A DNA stretch of 64,000 nt. It comes from an uncultured Thermodesulfobacteriota bacterium. Lineage in GTDB: Bacteria > Desulfobacterota > GWC2-55-46 > JADFVP01. A model generated the notes under the pieces. That model was not told the DNA's origin. It saw only the letters and a program-made list of their open reading frames with translations, and searched no databases. The stretch is taken from positions 465 through 64,464 of the forward strand of contig CAYYUX010000001.1 in NCBI GenBank assembly GCA_964474975.1, written 5' to 3'. The translations under genes and the position numbers were made by a program. Below are positions 8,509-17,220 of this stretch, piece after piece; positions within the stretch are counted from its first letter, which is position 1; each line of letters opens with the position of its first letter.

Positions 8509-10575
8509 ATGGCGGGGTTGTCTCTTTACGCTCTTTTTCACTGCAACCTTGCCTTCTCGCTTATAGGGAGAGAAGAGTTCAGGGCGGTTATCAAGAGGTG
8601 CTATCGTCCGTTGCTTGAGTTAGCCGGGGAGGGGCTTCCCATTGGTATAGAGATGAGCGCATGGACCCTTCGTCAGGTTCATCAACTTGAGCCTGATTTC
8701 ACAAGGAGGCTCAGCGATTTATGGGGGGCGAAGAGGCTGAGTTTCATCGGCTCGGGTTACGCCCAATCCATAATGCCGCTGATACCGGCAGAGGTGAACC
8801 GCTGGAACCTGAGGCTCGGCAATAAGTACTATGAGCAGATACTTGGCAGGGCCCCGAGCATTGCCCTTGTAAACGAGCAGACTTTTTCATCGGGGCTTGT
8901 AGGCCTTTATAAAGAGGCCGGCTACGAGACCATTATCATGGACTGGAATAATTCATGCCGTCATAAGAATTTTTCAAATCAAAGATTGTACTCTCCTCAG
9001 AGGGCCGCGGGAAGGTCGCCCGGTGAGGAGATAGGGCTCCTTTGGTCTCACTCCATCGCCTTTCAGAAGTTCAGTCGGTGCGTTCACGGCGAGTTTTCAC
9101 AAAAAGAATATATGGATTATCTTCTCTCCCATCATGAAGAGGGCGAGGAGAGGGCCTTTGTCGCCTACTCCAACGATGCCGAGGTCTTTGATTTTTGCCC
9201 CGGCAGAGGGGAGTCTCCGCGAGGCGACTTTGAGAGGGTAAGGGAGCTGTTAAAGGGGATAATGGACGAGAAGAGATTCGTCCTCTTAACACCTGAGGAA
9301 ATTTTAAATAAATTCAAGCCAGACCCATCTGCCGGACCCATGAGACTTGAGTCCGTTGAGACCCCCGTGGTCTCCAAGAAGCAGGAGAGGTATAACCCCG
9401 TCAGGTGGTCTGTAACGGGAAGGGACAGCGCCCATATAAACGCGCGGTGTCATACTTTGTATAAAAGGCTTGAGGCAATCTTCAGAGATGGAGGCGTAAA
9501 AGAAAAAGATATATTACGTGAAAAACTCTGCGAGTTCTGGGGCTCTGATTTCAGGACAAATACCTGCGACGACAAGCTCCGGTACTTTAACGAATCCATG
9601 GGGTGGCTGAGTCTTGAGACGGAACGCCTCCTGAGAGAGGCAGGGCTTGATGTGACCGAAGCGCTCCGCCCTTCCGAAGTATTCAGCGTTACAAAAGAGA
9701 GGGCTTCCGCGGGCATGGTCTTATGCGGCGCGGGTCTTTGCAGAGGGCCGTGGCCGGGGCAGTCTGTCAGGGGCTTTAACGCACTTGAGGTGGACGATGA
9801 TAAAAGGCGGGTGACTATCCGCGCACAAGAAGTGGAGCTGACCCTATTAAAAGACAGGGGGCTGGCCCTTTCTTCGGCGTCCTTTCCGGGGATTTCGGAT
9901 AAAGCTCTACTCGGCACCCTCGGCCACGGGTATTTTGATTCCATTGAACTCGGCGCGGATTTTTTTTCCGGCCACCTTATACATACGAGCCGGGACGGGG
10001 TAAAGACTACGGATCTTTGCCCCGCGCCTCACACTATCAGGGAAGATAGCGGCGGGCTGAGTATCTCCTCGGACATCGAGACACCCATAGGCCTCCTTGA
10101 AAAGACTTATCATATTCCGCGCCGCGGGGCGGAATTCTCCCTTACTTACAAGATAAAGGCCCCGGCCCTTCAGGCCTCAAGCCTCCGTCTCGGCATATTT
10201 ACCTTCATGCCCGAGGCATTTGATGTAGATGAGCTTTGGTTTGAAACGGTAAACGGCGGAATGGGGCCTGAGAGGTTTTATCTGAAGGGGCACAGGCTCT
10301 CTCACGACGAGCCCGTGAGCCCGGCCATCTCGGCATCGGGATGCCTCGGAGCCACAGAGGGATGGGTGGCCTTTGGCGATACAGAGAAAAGTCTTATCAT
10401 CAGCTCGGAGAGGCGTTTTGTACACACTGTACCCATGATAAATTACAGGGAATCCGGTGACAAGTTTTTCCTTCGCCTCTATCATTCCGCGGGAGAGCTT
10501 GATGATACCTCGTACTGGCTGTGGCGCGGAAGCAATGAAGTAACATTTATCATAAGGGCCAAGGGTCCGGCGTGA
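8509..10575 (+). CDS. Large (688 aa) protein with an N-terminal glycoside-hydrolase-family-57-like domain; catalytic role uncertain
   Basis: N-terminus 'LYALFHCNLAFSLIGREEFRAVIKRCYRPLLELAGE…IIMDWNN' parallels the GH57 'hNHQPxxNF…FEEAYEKCYxPxLExL…VIVDDYHF' blocks. The His-Gln-Pro signature is replaced by His-Cys-Asn. The remaining about 450 aa are unassigned. Fold similarity was judged by eye only. Confidence 0.4.
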   Translation: MAGLSLYALFHCNLAFSLIGREEFRAVIKRCYRPLLELAGEGLPIGIEMSAWTLRQVHQLEPDFTRRLSDLWGAKRLSFIGSGYAQSIMPLIPAEVNRWNLRLGNKYYEQILGRAPSIALVNEQTFSSGLVGLYKEAGYETIIMDWNNSCRHKNFSNQRLYSPQRAAGRSPGEEIGLLWSHSIAFQKFSRCVHGEFSQKEYMDYLLSHHEEGEERAFVAYSNDAEVFDFCPGRGESPRGDFERVRELLKGIMDEKRFVLLTPEEILNKFKPDPSAGPMRLESVETPVVSKKQERYNPVRWSVTGRDSAHINARCHTLYKRLEAIFRDGGVKEKDILREKLCEFWGSDFRTNTCDDKLRYFNESMGWLSLETERLLREAGLDVTEALRPSEVFSVTKERASAGMVLCGAGLCRGPWPGQSVRGFNALEVDDDKRRVTIRAQEVELTLLKDRGLALSSASFPGISDKALLGTLGHGYFDSIELGADFFSGHLIHTSRDGVKTTDLCPAPHTIREDSGGLSISSDIETPIGLLEKTYHIPRRGAEFSLTYKIKAPALQASSLRLGIFTFMPEAFDVDELWFETVNGGMGPERFYLKGHRLSHDEPVSPAISASGCLGATEGWVAFGDTEKSLIISSERRFVHTVPMINYRESGDKFFLRLYHSAGELDDTSYWLWRGSNEVTFIIRAKGPA

Positions 10576-10599
10576 CCCCCTTAAGAGACGGGAGTTGAG

Positions 10600-12516
10600 A
10601 TGAGTATATTCGAGAAAAACTACGATGTAATCGCGCAAAAAGACAGTATCCTCGCCGATAGGCTCCGTGCCTTTAGCGGCGAGAGGGCCTCTGTCGAGCG
10701 GGCCGCCAATAAAGAGTTTGTACTGCGCTTCAAGGGCCGTCTCTTTAATAGCGCTTACGGGCCATGGAAGGAGGCATCCCTGCAGGCAGAGGAGATAATG
10801 AACAAAAAAGCGGACTGTGTGGCCCTCTTCGGCCTTGGTTGCGGCTACCTGCTTCGCACCCTTTTGAAGTTGGAGACAAAAAAGATATTTATTTTCGAGC
10901 CTTCCATGGAGATACTTACAGGCGTGCTGGAAAAAATAGACCTTAGCTCTGAGCTGAAGGGGCAGAATGTTTTCCTTGCCAATTATATAGGGCCTTTTGT
11001 CTCATGGATTCAGCGCTTTACCGAGGGCTTCGATAATATCATAGGCTACCATACCATGCCTTACAGATTGACCTTTCCCCATGAGCTAAGGGATTTCATG
11101 GTTAAGATAGAGAACGCCCATACCTCGCAGAAGGTCGGCATAAAGACGGAGATAGATTCAAGGGTGGACTGGCTGAAAAATTATTTTTCCAATCTAGAGT
11201 CATTCTTTACTTATCCCTCAGTAGACGTCCTTACGGAGAGGTTAAAGGGAATTCCCATGATCATCGTAGGCGCGGGGCCGTCTCTCAGTAAAAACGCCGC
11301 CCTCCTCGCGGAAATAAAAGACAAGGCCTTTATAGTATCGGCCATTACGGCCTATAAGAGCCTCTTGAAGTTAGGCGTTGTCCCCCATGCCGTGATAGCC
11401 GGGGAAAAGGTAGACCTTGACGAGTATTTTGACGGCGGCGAGCCCGATAGAGAGATTCGTCTCATCTTATCAGAGGTCTCTCACCCGGCAATGTTCCGTA
11501 GAGAGGCCAGCGGTAAATTTATCTTTTACAGCCCCTATATAGCCCTCAGCCTCGAGCAGGCAAGCCTCTGGGGAAGCTCCTCCTTTGTATCAATAGGAGG
11601 GTCTGTAACTACGGCCATTTTTGACATGGGCGTCAAGTTCGGCTGTGACCCCATTGTTTTTATCGGACAGGACCTTGCCTTTGAGAATGGACATAGTCAC
11701 GCGTCGGGAGGTGTTTATGACGGGCAGAGGGTCGTTATTGATAAAGAAAGGGGGGTTGTTGAGGTAAGAGAACACTATATTTCCGGCCATAAGCGCACTA
11801 TGCGCCACAAGCTTCAGTGGCTTAAGGATATTGAGGGCAAACCTGTTGCGAGTAAATATGACTGGGTTACCTTTCACCAGTGGTTTGAGCGTTATATGAT
11901 TCTTCTGAAAGAGGAATACCCCGATATACGTGTCGTTAACGCCACTGAAGGCGGCGCCTTTATAAAGGGCATGGAGCATAAGCCCCTTAAAGAGGTTATC
12001 TCAAAATATATCCTTGATCCCGAGCCCGTGGAGGATATTCTTGCTTCTGCGGCGGCCATGCGTCCCGAGGTGGATACGGCAGGTCTTGTAGAGGCCTTTA
12101 AGAGACTGGAGCTGAATGTAGCCCTTGTCTCAAAACTTTCATCGCAGATTGTAGCAGAGGCGGAAAAGATGCGGACAGCCTTTCAGATGAAAGGCCTTCG
12201 CACAGAACTTGGCGATAACCTTGGGAAGATAAGAAAGAAGGAGAAAAAACTTTTTAATGCCGCCCGCAAGGTAGCTTTTCTATGGGAGGCCCTTGTGGAG
12301 TACACCTACGACCTTAAGAGCTACCTTAAAGAGGCAGTTGACCGCTCCACGGAAGATCAGTTCAGTAAAGACATCGAGCGTACGATACGCACATACACGG
12401 AGGTGAGAAAGAAATGCGATCTCTTCGCCCCCATGGTGCGTGAGGGCCTTTCGTATGTAAGGCTTCTTCATGAGAGGTCAGCTCAGGACCGGCCCGTAGC
12501 CGTTAATCATAGATAA
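10600..12516 (+). CDS. maf: Motility accessory factor (Maf family, DUF115/MptE-like) - flagellin nonulosonic-acid glycosyltransferase
   Basis: Characteristic Maf N-terminus MSIFEKNYDVIAQKDSILADRLRAF. Central MptE-like domain with the IVGAGPSL motif. About 640 aa in length, located immediately upstream of the flagellin locus. Confidence 0.75.
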   Translation: MSIFEKNYDVIAQKDSILADRLRAFSGERASVERAANKEFVLRFKGRLFNSAYGPWKEASLQAEEIMNKKADCVALFGLGCGYLLRTLLKLETKKIFIFEPSMEILTGVLEKIDLSSELKGQNVFLANYIGPFVSWIQRFTEGFDNIIGYHTMPYRLTFPHELRDFMVKIENAHTSQKVGIKTEIDSRVDWLKNYFSNLESFFTYPSVDVLTERLKGIPMIIVGAGPSLSKNAALLAEIKDKAFIVSAITAYKSLLKLGVVPHAVIAGEKVDLDEYFDGGEPDREIRLILSEVSHPAMFRREASGKFIFYSPYIALSLEQASLWGSSSFVSIGGSVTTAIFDMGVKFGCDPIVFIGQDLAFENGHSHASGGVYDGQRVVIDKERGVVEVREHYISGHKRTMRHKLQWLKDIEGKPVASKYDWVTFHQWFERYMILLKEEYPDIRVVNATEGGAFIKGMEHKPLKEVISKYILDPEPVEDILASAAAMRPEVDTAGLVEAFKRLELNVALVSKLSSQIVAEAEKMRTAFQMKGLRTELGDNLGKIRKKEKKLFNAARKVAFLWEALVEYTYDLKSYLKEAVDRSTEDQFSKDIERTIRTYTEVRKKCDLFAPMVREGLSYVRLLHERSAQDRPVAVNHR

Positions 12517-12691
12517 ATGGAAGCGGAGTCCATCAAGCCCTCCCCGCTGTCCATGAATGAGTTTAAAATTACAATGAAGGAAATCCTTGAAAATCCCGGA
12601 AAACTAAAAATCATGTTCTTATTTTTTTGTCTTCGCTAATTAACGTGGGCATTATTATGTGCTTCCATGGCAGATAAAGAAGGAGCCTGTT

Positions 12692-13297
12692 ATGACGGAT
12701 ATATACCTTGACGATACGAGGCTGGAGATAGGTGGCGCTGACGCCGCATCTACTATCGGCGATATTATTGTGGCTGTGGAAGAGGACCTTAAACCCTTCC
12801 GGCGTTTTATTCAGGAGCTATGGCTCGATGGCTTTAATGCGGGTATCGGATGGAAGGATACCGTGGCCGTCAATGAGCCTTTTGAGCTATATGGAGAGCT
12901 AAAGCTCTTTAGCGGCGATGTAGACCCCATAGTCCTGAAAGGGATTTATACGGTGAGTGAGTATATTGATTTTATTTGTACTCTCATTAACGATACCTCT
13001 TCCGCCCTCAGACGCGGTGCTGGAGAAGTAGACAACCTCCTTGGAGCGATTATCGAGAGTACCGGAGAGGTTATCAGAACCATGGATTCACTCTACAGGT
13101 GCGGTCTATCCTATGAGATAGATATATTCAGAGAAAATCCCATATCCTGTTACGAGGCAATTTTAAGGAATATGTCGGAGCTGAAAGACGCCCGTTTGTC
13201 ACGGGACAATATCCTGCTTGCCGATATACTGCAGTATGAGCTCGGTCCGCTACTGATACAGATGGAGGAAAAGGTCTTTTACCGAAAAGATATGTGA
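12692..13297 (+). CDS. Hypothetical acidic protein (about 200 aa) between maf and fliC
   Basis: Intact ORF with a reasonable RBS (AAGGAG at about 12678) before the ATG at 12692; alternative upstream ATG at 12659. No motif recognised. Sits directly upstream of the fliC sigma-28 promoter. Confidence 0.4.
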   Translation: MTDIYLDDTRLEIGGADAASTIGDIIVAVEEDLKPFRRFIQELWLDGFNAGIGWKDTVAVNEPFELYGELKLFSGDVDPIVLKGIYTVSEYIDFICTLINDTSSALRRGAGEVDNLLGAIIESTGEVIRTMDSLYRCGLSYEIDIFRENPISCYEAILRNMSELKDARLSRDNILLADILQYELGPLLIQMEEKVFYRKDM

Positions 13298-13305
13298 GCG
13301 GTAGC

Positions 13306-13332
13306 TAAAGGTTCTTACCCAACTGCCGATAA
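13306..13332 (+). promoter_or_regulatory. sigma-28 (FliA) class-III promoter for flagellin
   Basis: TAAA(13306-13309)-N15-GCCGATAA(13325-13332) is an exact match to the TAAA-N15-GCCGATAA consensus, about 120 nt upstream of the fliC start. fliA is encoded in this window. Confidence 0.6.
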
Positions 13333-13453
13333 GGTTATTAAGGGTCCGGTGGCATATATGGCGGGAAGGGGGGGTCTCATAGAGATGCCTTTTGCCATAC
13401 GGACAAATAATTATCTGGCAGGGATGCCGTAAAACACTAAGGAGGGTAAGAAC

Positions 13454-14296
13454 ATGGCTTTAATTATCAACACCAACATTGCGTCACTACTCGCGCAACA
13501 GAACATCAGTTCATCGAACGCCCAGTTGAAGATAAGCGTTCAGAGGCTATCATCTGGTCACAGGGTCAACAGCTCTGCTGATGACGCCGCGGGGCTTGCC
13601 AGGGCGGATCAGCTTCGTAGCCAGTCCAGGATGATTCAGGCCGCACAGCGGAACGTCAATGACGGCGTCAGCGCCATGGAAATCAGTGACAAGGCCGCTG
13701 AGCAGGTTACGAACATTATCACAAGGATGGGCGAGCTTGCCGCGAGCGCCTCACAGGGTACTCTCGATAGCAATACAAGAACCTTTTTCAGTGATGAGTA
13801 TGACAAACTGATCAACGAAATAGACAGGATAGCGGGTACAACAGAGTTTGGAGGTTTTAAGCTCCTTAACGGCTCCATAACCTCGCTGACCATGTTTATC
13901 GGGTTCAAAAATTCATCGGATAACCAGTTAAGCGTCAGTCTTGTAGCCCTTACAAGCGCCGGCGCTACAGGTAATGTGGGCCTCAGCCTCTCTGCCGGTG
14001 CTCTCTCAGGTGTAACGGGCGCGTTGAACGCCCTTGACGCCGTAAGCGTAGCGCTCAACAGAGTCAATAGCGCAAGGGCCGTATACGGTGCTACAACGAA
14101 CAGGCTTAACGTTGCGCTTAATAACCTTCAGGTTACATTCACTAACTTCCAGGCCGCTGAATCAAGGGTAAGAGACGCTGACTTTGCCTCTGAGACGGCT
14201 ACCTTTACAAAGAACCAGATAATGGTTCAGGCTGGTATTTCTGTTCTCGCGCAGGCTAATACACTGCCGAGAAATGCGCTACAGCTCTTGAGATAG
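13454..14296 (+). CDS. fliC: Flagellin (short, 280 aa)
   Basis: Canonical N-terminus MALIINTNIASLLAQQN…LSSGHRVNSSADDAAGLA and C-terminus …QAGISVLAQANTLPRNALQLLR. Strong RBS AAGGAGGG upstream. Confidence 0.9.
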   Translation: MALIINTNIASLLAQQNISSSNAQLKISVQRLSSGHRVNSSADDAAGLARADQLRSQSRMIQAAQRNVNDGVSAMEISDKAAEQVTNIITRMGELAASASQGTLDSNTRTFFSDEYDKLINEIDRIAGTTEFGGFKLLNGSITSLTMFIGFKNSSDNQLSVSLVALTSAGATGNVGLSLSAGALSGVTGALNALDAVSVALNRVNSARAVYGATTNRLNVALNNLQVTFTNFQAAESRVRDADFASETATFTKNQIMVQAGISVLAQANTLPRNALQLLR

Positions 14297-14320
14297 TCTA
14301 AGGGCATTCTGACCTCTCTA

Positions 14321-14365
14321 CGGGTGAGGGGGCCGCCATGGCTTCCTCACCACCCGCCTTTTATG
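14321..14365 (+). terminator. Possible intrinsic terminator after fliC
   Basis: GGGTGAGG…CCTCACC inverted repeat (about 7-bp stem, 15-nt loop) followed by CCGCCTTTTATG. Weak U-tract. Confidence 0.4.
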
Positions 14366-14440
14366 ATTATGCTGAGCTGTAAACTGTTGGGCCGAGAGGG
14401 GTAAGAGGCGCTTGCCAATTTTTTTTTAATGGAGGACATC

Positions 14441-15766
14441 ATGACAATAACCGCAACTGGCGTAATATCGGGAATTGATTCCAAGGCGATTATTCAGCAA
14501 CTTGTTAGCGTGAGGAGCCTCCCTATAGATCAGCTTGTATCTGACAGGAAAAAACTTGAGAACGTAAACTCCACATACACAACACTCGCCTCCCGTGTCG
14601 AGGACCTTAAGACCGCCGCTGACGCCCTTCGCACTACCTCCGGCTTTGCCAGTTTTACTGCTTCAAGCAGTGATACAACTATAGTTGACGCCACGGCCAG
14701 TACAACGGCCACGGCCAATTCATCTGTTATTGTCGTAAATGCCCTTGCAAAATCACATAAGATAGCCGCCGATGGCGTGGCCGCGGCAACTACAGTCGTA
14801 GCCTCTGCTCCGGGTTCTTTTAATTTTACCGTGGGTTCGGGGACCATGCAGAGCGTGGCCGTTGACGCTACAACAACGGTCACCGGGCTAAGCGATGCCA
14901 TTAACGCCCTTAACGCCGGGGTCTCATCTTCCGTGGTAAACGACGGCACATCCTACCGGCTGGTTCTTACGGCAAAATCAACTGGAACGACTAACGCCGT
15001 AACCATTAACCAAAATGATACTACCCTTGCTTTTAACACTACCCTGCAGGCCGCCCAGGACGCCTCTTTTACCGTAGACGGTCTCGCCGTAACACGATCT
15101 TCCAACACTGTAAGCGATGTGCTGACAGGTGTTACTCTAAACCTTAAGAGCGCCAACGCCTCAGCGCCAGTTACTGTAACCTCTACACGCGATGTGGGGG
15201 AGATAGAAAAAAAGGTAGTGGCTCTTGTAGACAGATACAACGCGGTCATGAGTTATATCAAGAGCAACAACCGTTATAATGTTGATACAAAGTCCGGCGG
15301 CCCCCTATTCGGCGACGCCGTCGCGAGGAGTATATCCGATGAGGTCAGCCGTATTATGACATCTCCCGTAAGCGGCCTACCCTCTACCATGAACAGGCTC
15401 CTGCAGGTAGGAGTTACAAGAGACAGCACAGGAGTCATGTCCCTTGACAGCACAAAGCTCAAGGATGCACTTAATACAAATTACAACGATGTAGTGAATC
15501 TATTCATAGAGGGTACATCGACATCAGGTTTCGGTAAAAGCATATATGACCTTGCCAGCTCCTTAGTCGACAGCGTTGACGGCAGGATTACCAAAAAACA
15601 GGAGGGGCTAACCAGCAACATAGCCTCTATTACAACGCATATAACCGATAAGGAACAGGAAATAGCCGCTTATGAGGCCTCTCTGAGAGTGCGTTTTACT
15701 TTTCTTGAGAGTACTCTCTCCGGGATTAAGGCTCAGGGTAATTTCCTGCATGCCGGCGGCTTTTAA
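14441..15766 (+). CDS. fliD: Flagellar filament cap protein FliD (hook-associated protein 2)
   Basis: N-terminus MTITATGVISGIDSKAIIQQLVSVRSLPIDQL, Thr/Ser/Ala-rich central region and conserved C-terminal block (…LESTLSGIKAQGNFL…). GGAGG RBS 5 nt upstream of the ATG at 14441 (alternative ATG at 14429). Confidence 0.85.
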   Translation: MTITATGVISGIDSKAIIQQLVSVRSLPIDQLVSDRKKLENVNSTYTTLASRVEDLKTAADALRTTSGFASFTASSSDTTIVDATASTTATANSSVIVVNALAKSHKIAADGVAAATTVVASAPGSFNFTVGSGTMQSVAVDATTTVTGLSDAINALNAGVSSSVVNDGTSYRLVLTAKSTGTTNAVTINQNDTTLAFNTTLQAAQDASFTVDGLAVTRSSNTVSDVLTGVTLNLKSANASAPVTVTSTRDVGEIEKKVVALVDRYNAVMSYIKSNNRYNVDTKSGGPLFGDAVARSISDEVSRIMTSPVSGLPSTMNRLLQVGVTRDSTGVMSLDSTKLKDALNTNYNDVVNLFIEGTSTSGFGKSIYDLASSLVDSVDGRITKKQEGLTSNIASITTHITDKEQEIAAYEASLRVRFTFLESTLSGIKAQGNFLHAGGF

Positions 15767-15776
15767 AGGGGGATAA

Positions 15777-16190
15777 ATGAAGGGTATCAAGGCATATCAG
15801 AAGGTTCATGTAATGACATCTGACGGAGTGAGGCTTGTGATAATGCTCTACGAAGGCGTCGTGAAGTTCAACAGGATGGCCGTTCTGGCAATAGAAGATA
15901 ATGATATTGAGAATAGGAGCCGTTATATCAACAGGTCCGTTGCCATTATAAGCGAACTTTGCAGCGCCCTGGATATGGAGAGGGGTAAGGAGATAGCACT
16001 TAATCTCAGGGATCTATATGGCTATTGCCTTGCAAGACTCTCTGAGGCCAATAACAGTAACTCGGCAGAAATTATTGAAGAAGTTACACGTATTTTTATT
16101 GAGGTGAAGGAGGGCTGGGACGCTCTGGCAATATCAGGTGTACAGACAGGTAAACCTCGGCTTGAGGTGGGGGCGCGATATGGGGGCTGA
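15777..16190 (+). CDS. fliS: Flagellin-specific export chaperone FliS
   Basis: About 137 aa; …GIKAYQKV…VRLVIMLYEGVVKFNRMA…YINRSVAIISEL… typical FliS four-helix pattern. Directly follows fliD. Confidence 0.85.
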   Translation: MKGIKAYQKVHVMTSDGVRLVIMLYEGVVKFNRMAVLAIEDNDIENRSRYINRSVAIISELCSALDMERGKEIALNLRDLYGYCLARLSEANNSNSAEIIEEVTRIFIEVKEGWDALAISGVQTGKPRLEVGARYGG

Positions 16191-16530
16191 GAAGACGGCC
16201 CGTATGGGCTTGCTGGAGAGATTGCTTGATATCGCGAGGGCCCAGAAAAAGCTTCTCTCAGAGAACCGTCTTGGCGAGCTTGCAAAGACCATGGCCGAGC
16301 GTGATGATGTTGTATCTCGTCTGAAGTCCGCGGGAGCCCCGGCAGGAAAGGAAGAAGGTAATATTCTTAAAAAAATACTGGATTACGACAGTAATCTCAG
16401 AGTCTCTCTTGAAGTTGAGCTTGAGGAAATCCGTCGTGAACTTGAGAAATTATCAGACTGTAATGTGGTTAATAAGGCCTACCTATCCACTCAGGTAAAG
16501 ACGGTAGAGAGGAGTTTACGAAATGGATAA
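16180..16530 (+). CDS. Small coiled-coil protein, FlgN/FliT-like flagellar export chaperone candidate
   Basis: About 116 aa, helical heptad-rich (LLERLLDIARAQKKLLSENRLGELAKTMAERDDVVSRL…), matching the FlgN pattern (LxxLLxxExxxLxxL…K…L…D…L). Position after fliS is typical for fliT/flgN. Start is ambiguous (GTG 16138 or ATG 16180). Confidence 0.4.
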   Translation: MGAEKTARMGLLERLLDIARAQKKLLSENRLGELAKTMAERDDVVSRLKSAGAPAGKEEGNILKKILDYDSNLRVSLEVELEEIRRELEKLSDCNVVNKAYLSTQVKTVERSLRNG

Positions 16531-17107
16531 TGCTAACGAAAGAGACGAGGTGATGTATATGGTCGGCATGATCTCCAATAGCAGGGAATACGTAAGGATA
16601 GATGACAGTATACCTGTTTATTACGTGCTTAAGGATGGCGCCAATATTACGGATAGCTCCGTGAATATTCGTGAATTAAGGCATTTTTCAAAAAAGGTGG
16701 AGGCCATATCCTCAGACGACCCGGAGATGTATTCCCTGCTCTTTGAGATAAACCAGAGGCTCAAGACGCTTATGACCAATGCCGCTACGGAACAATGCTT
16801 TGAGATACCCGAGGCGCGTATAGAGAACATCAGCGGCGGCGGACTTAAGATACTCTGCAACAAGAACTTCAACGAGGGCGACGAGCTTCTCATTAGGCTC
16901 TTTCTGCCAGATCATGCGCAGGATCTTGAGGTAACGGGAGAGGTCGTATGGATATGTGAGAACATCGATGGCGGATACAAGGTGGGAATAAAGTTTGTTG
17001 ATATTGATGAGAGGGCGAGAGAGAGAATAGTAAGATACATCTTCGCCTGGCAGAGACGGATGCTTAGGGCCGGCAGAGAAGCCGGTGGCGCGCAGGCCGG
17101 AAAGTAA
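16523..17107 (+). CDS. PilZ-domain (c-di-GMP-binding) protein, YcgR-like candidate
   Basis: RxxxR (REYVR) and D/NxSxGG (ENISGGG) PilZ signature motifs. Beta-barrel-like C-terminal half (…LLIRLFLPD…EVTGEVVWICE…YKVGIKFVDI…). Encoded convergently with motAB. Confidence 0.7.
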   Translation: MDNANERDEVMYMVGMISNSREYVRIDDSIPVYYVLKDGANITDSSVNIRELRHFSKKVEAISSDDPEMYSLLFEINQRLKTLMTNAATEQCFEIPEARIENISGGGLKILCNKNFNEGDELLIRLFLPDHAQDLEVTGEVVWICENIDGGYKVGIKFVDIDERARERIVRYIFAWQRRMLRAGREAGGAQAGK

Positions 17108-17136
17108 AGGCGCAGGCCGGATAATAAATACTAAGA

Positions 17137-17173
17137 TCCCCTCCCGTGAGAGCACATGGGAGGGGATCTTTAA
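17137..17173. terminator. Bidirectional intrinsic terminator between pilZ-like gene (+) and motB (-)
   Basis: Perfect 12-bp inverted repeat AGATCCCCTCCC-gtgagagcacat-GGGAGGGGATCT, flanked by A/T runs on both sides. Sits between convergent genes. Confidence 0.7.
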
Positions 17174-17220
17174 TATGGCGATATATCTCTTCAGTACGTT
17201 GATGGCTTTGCCATGTTATC

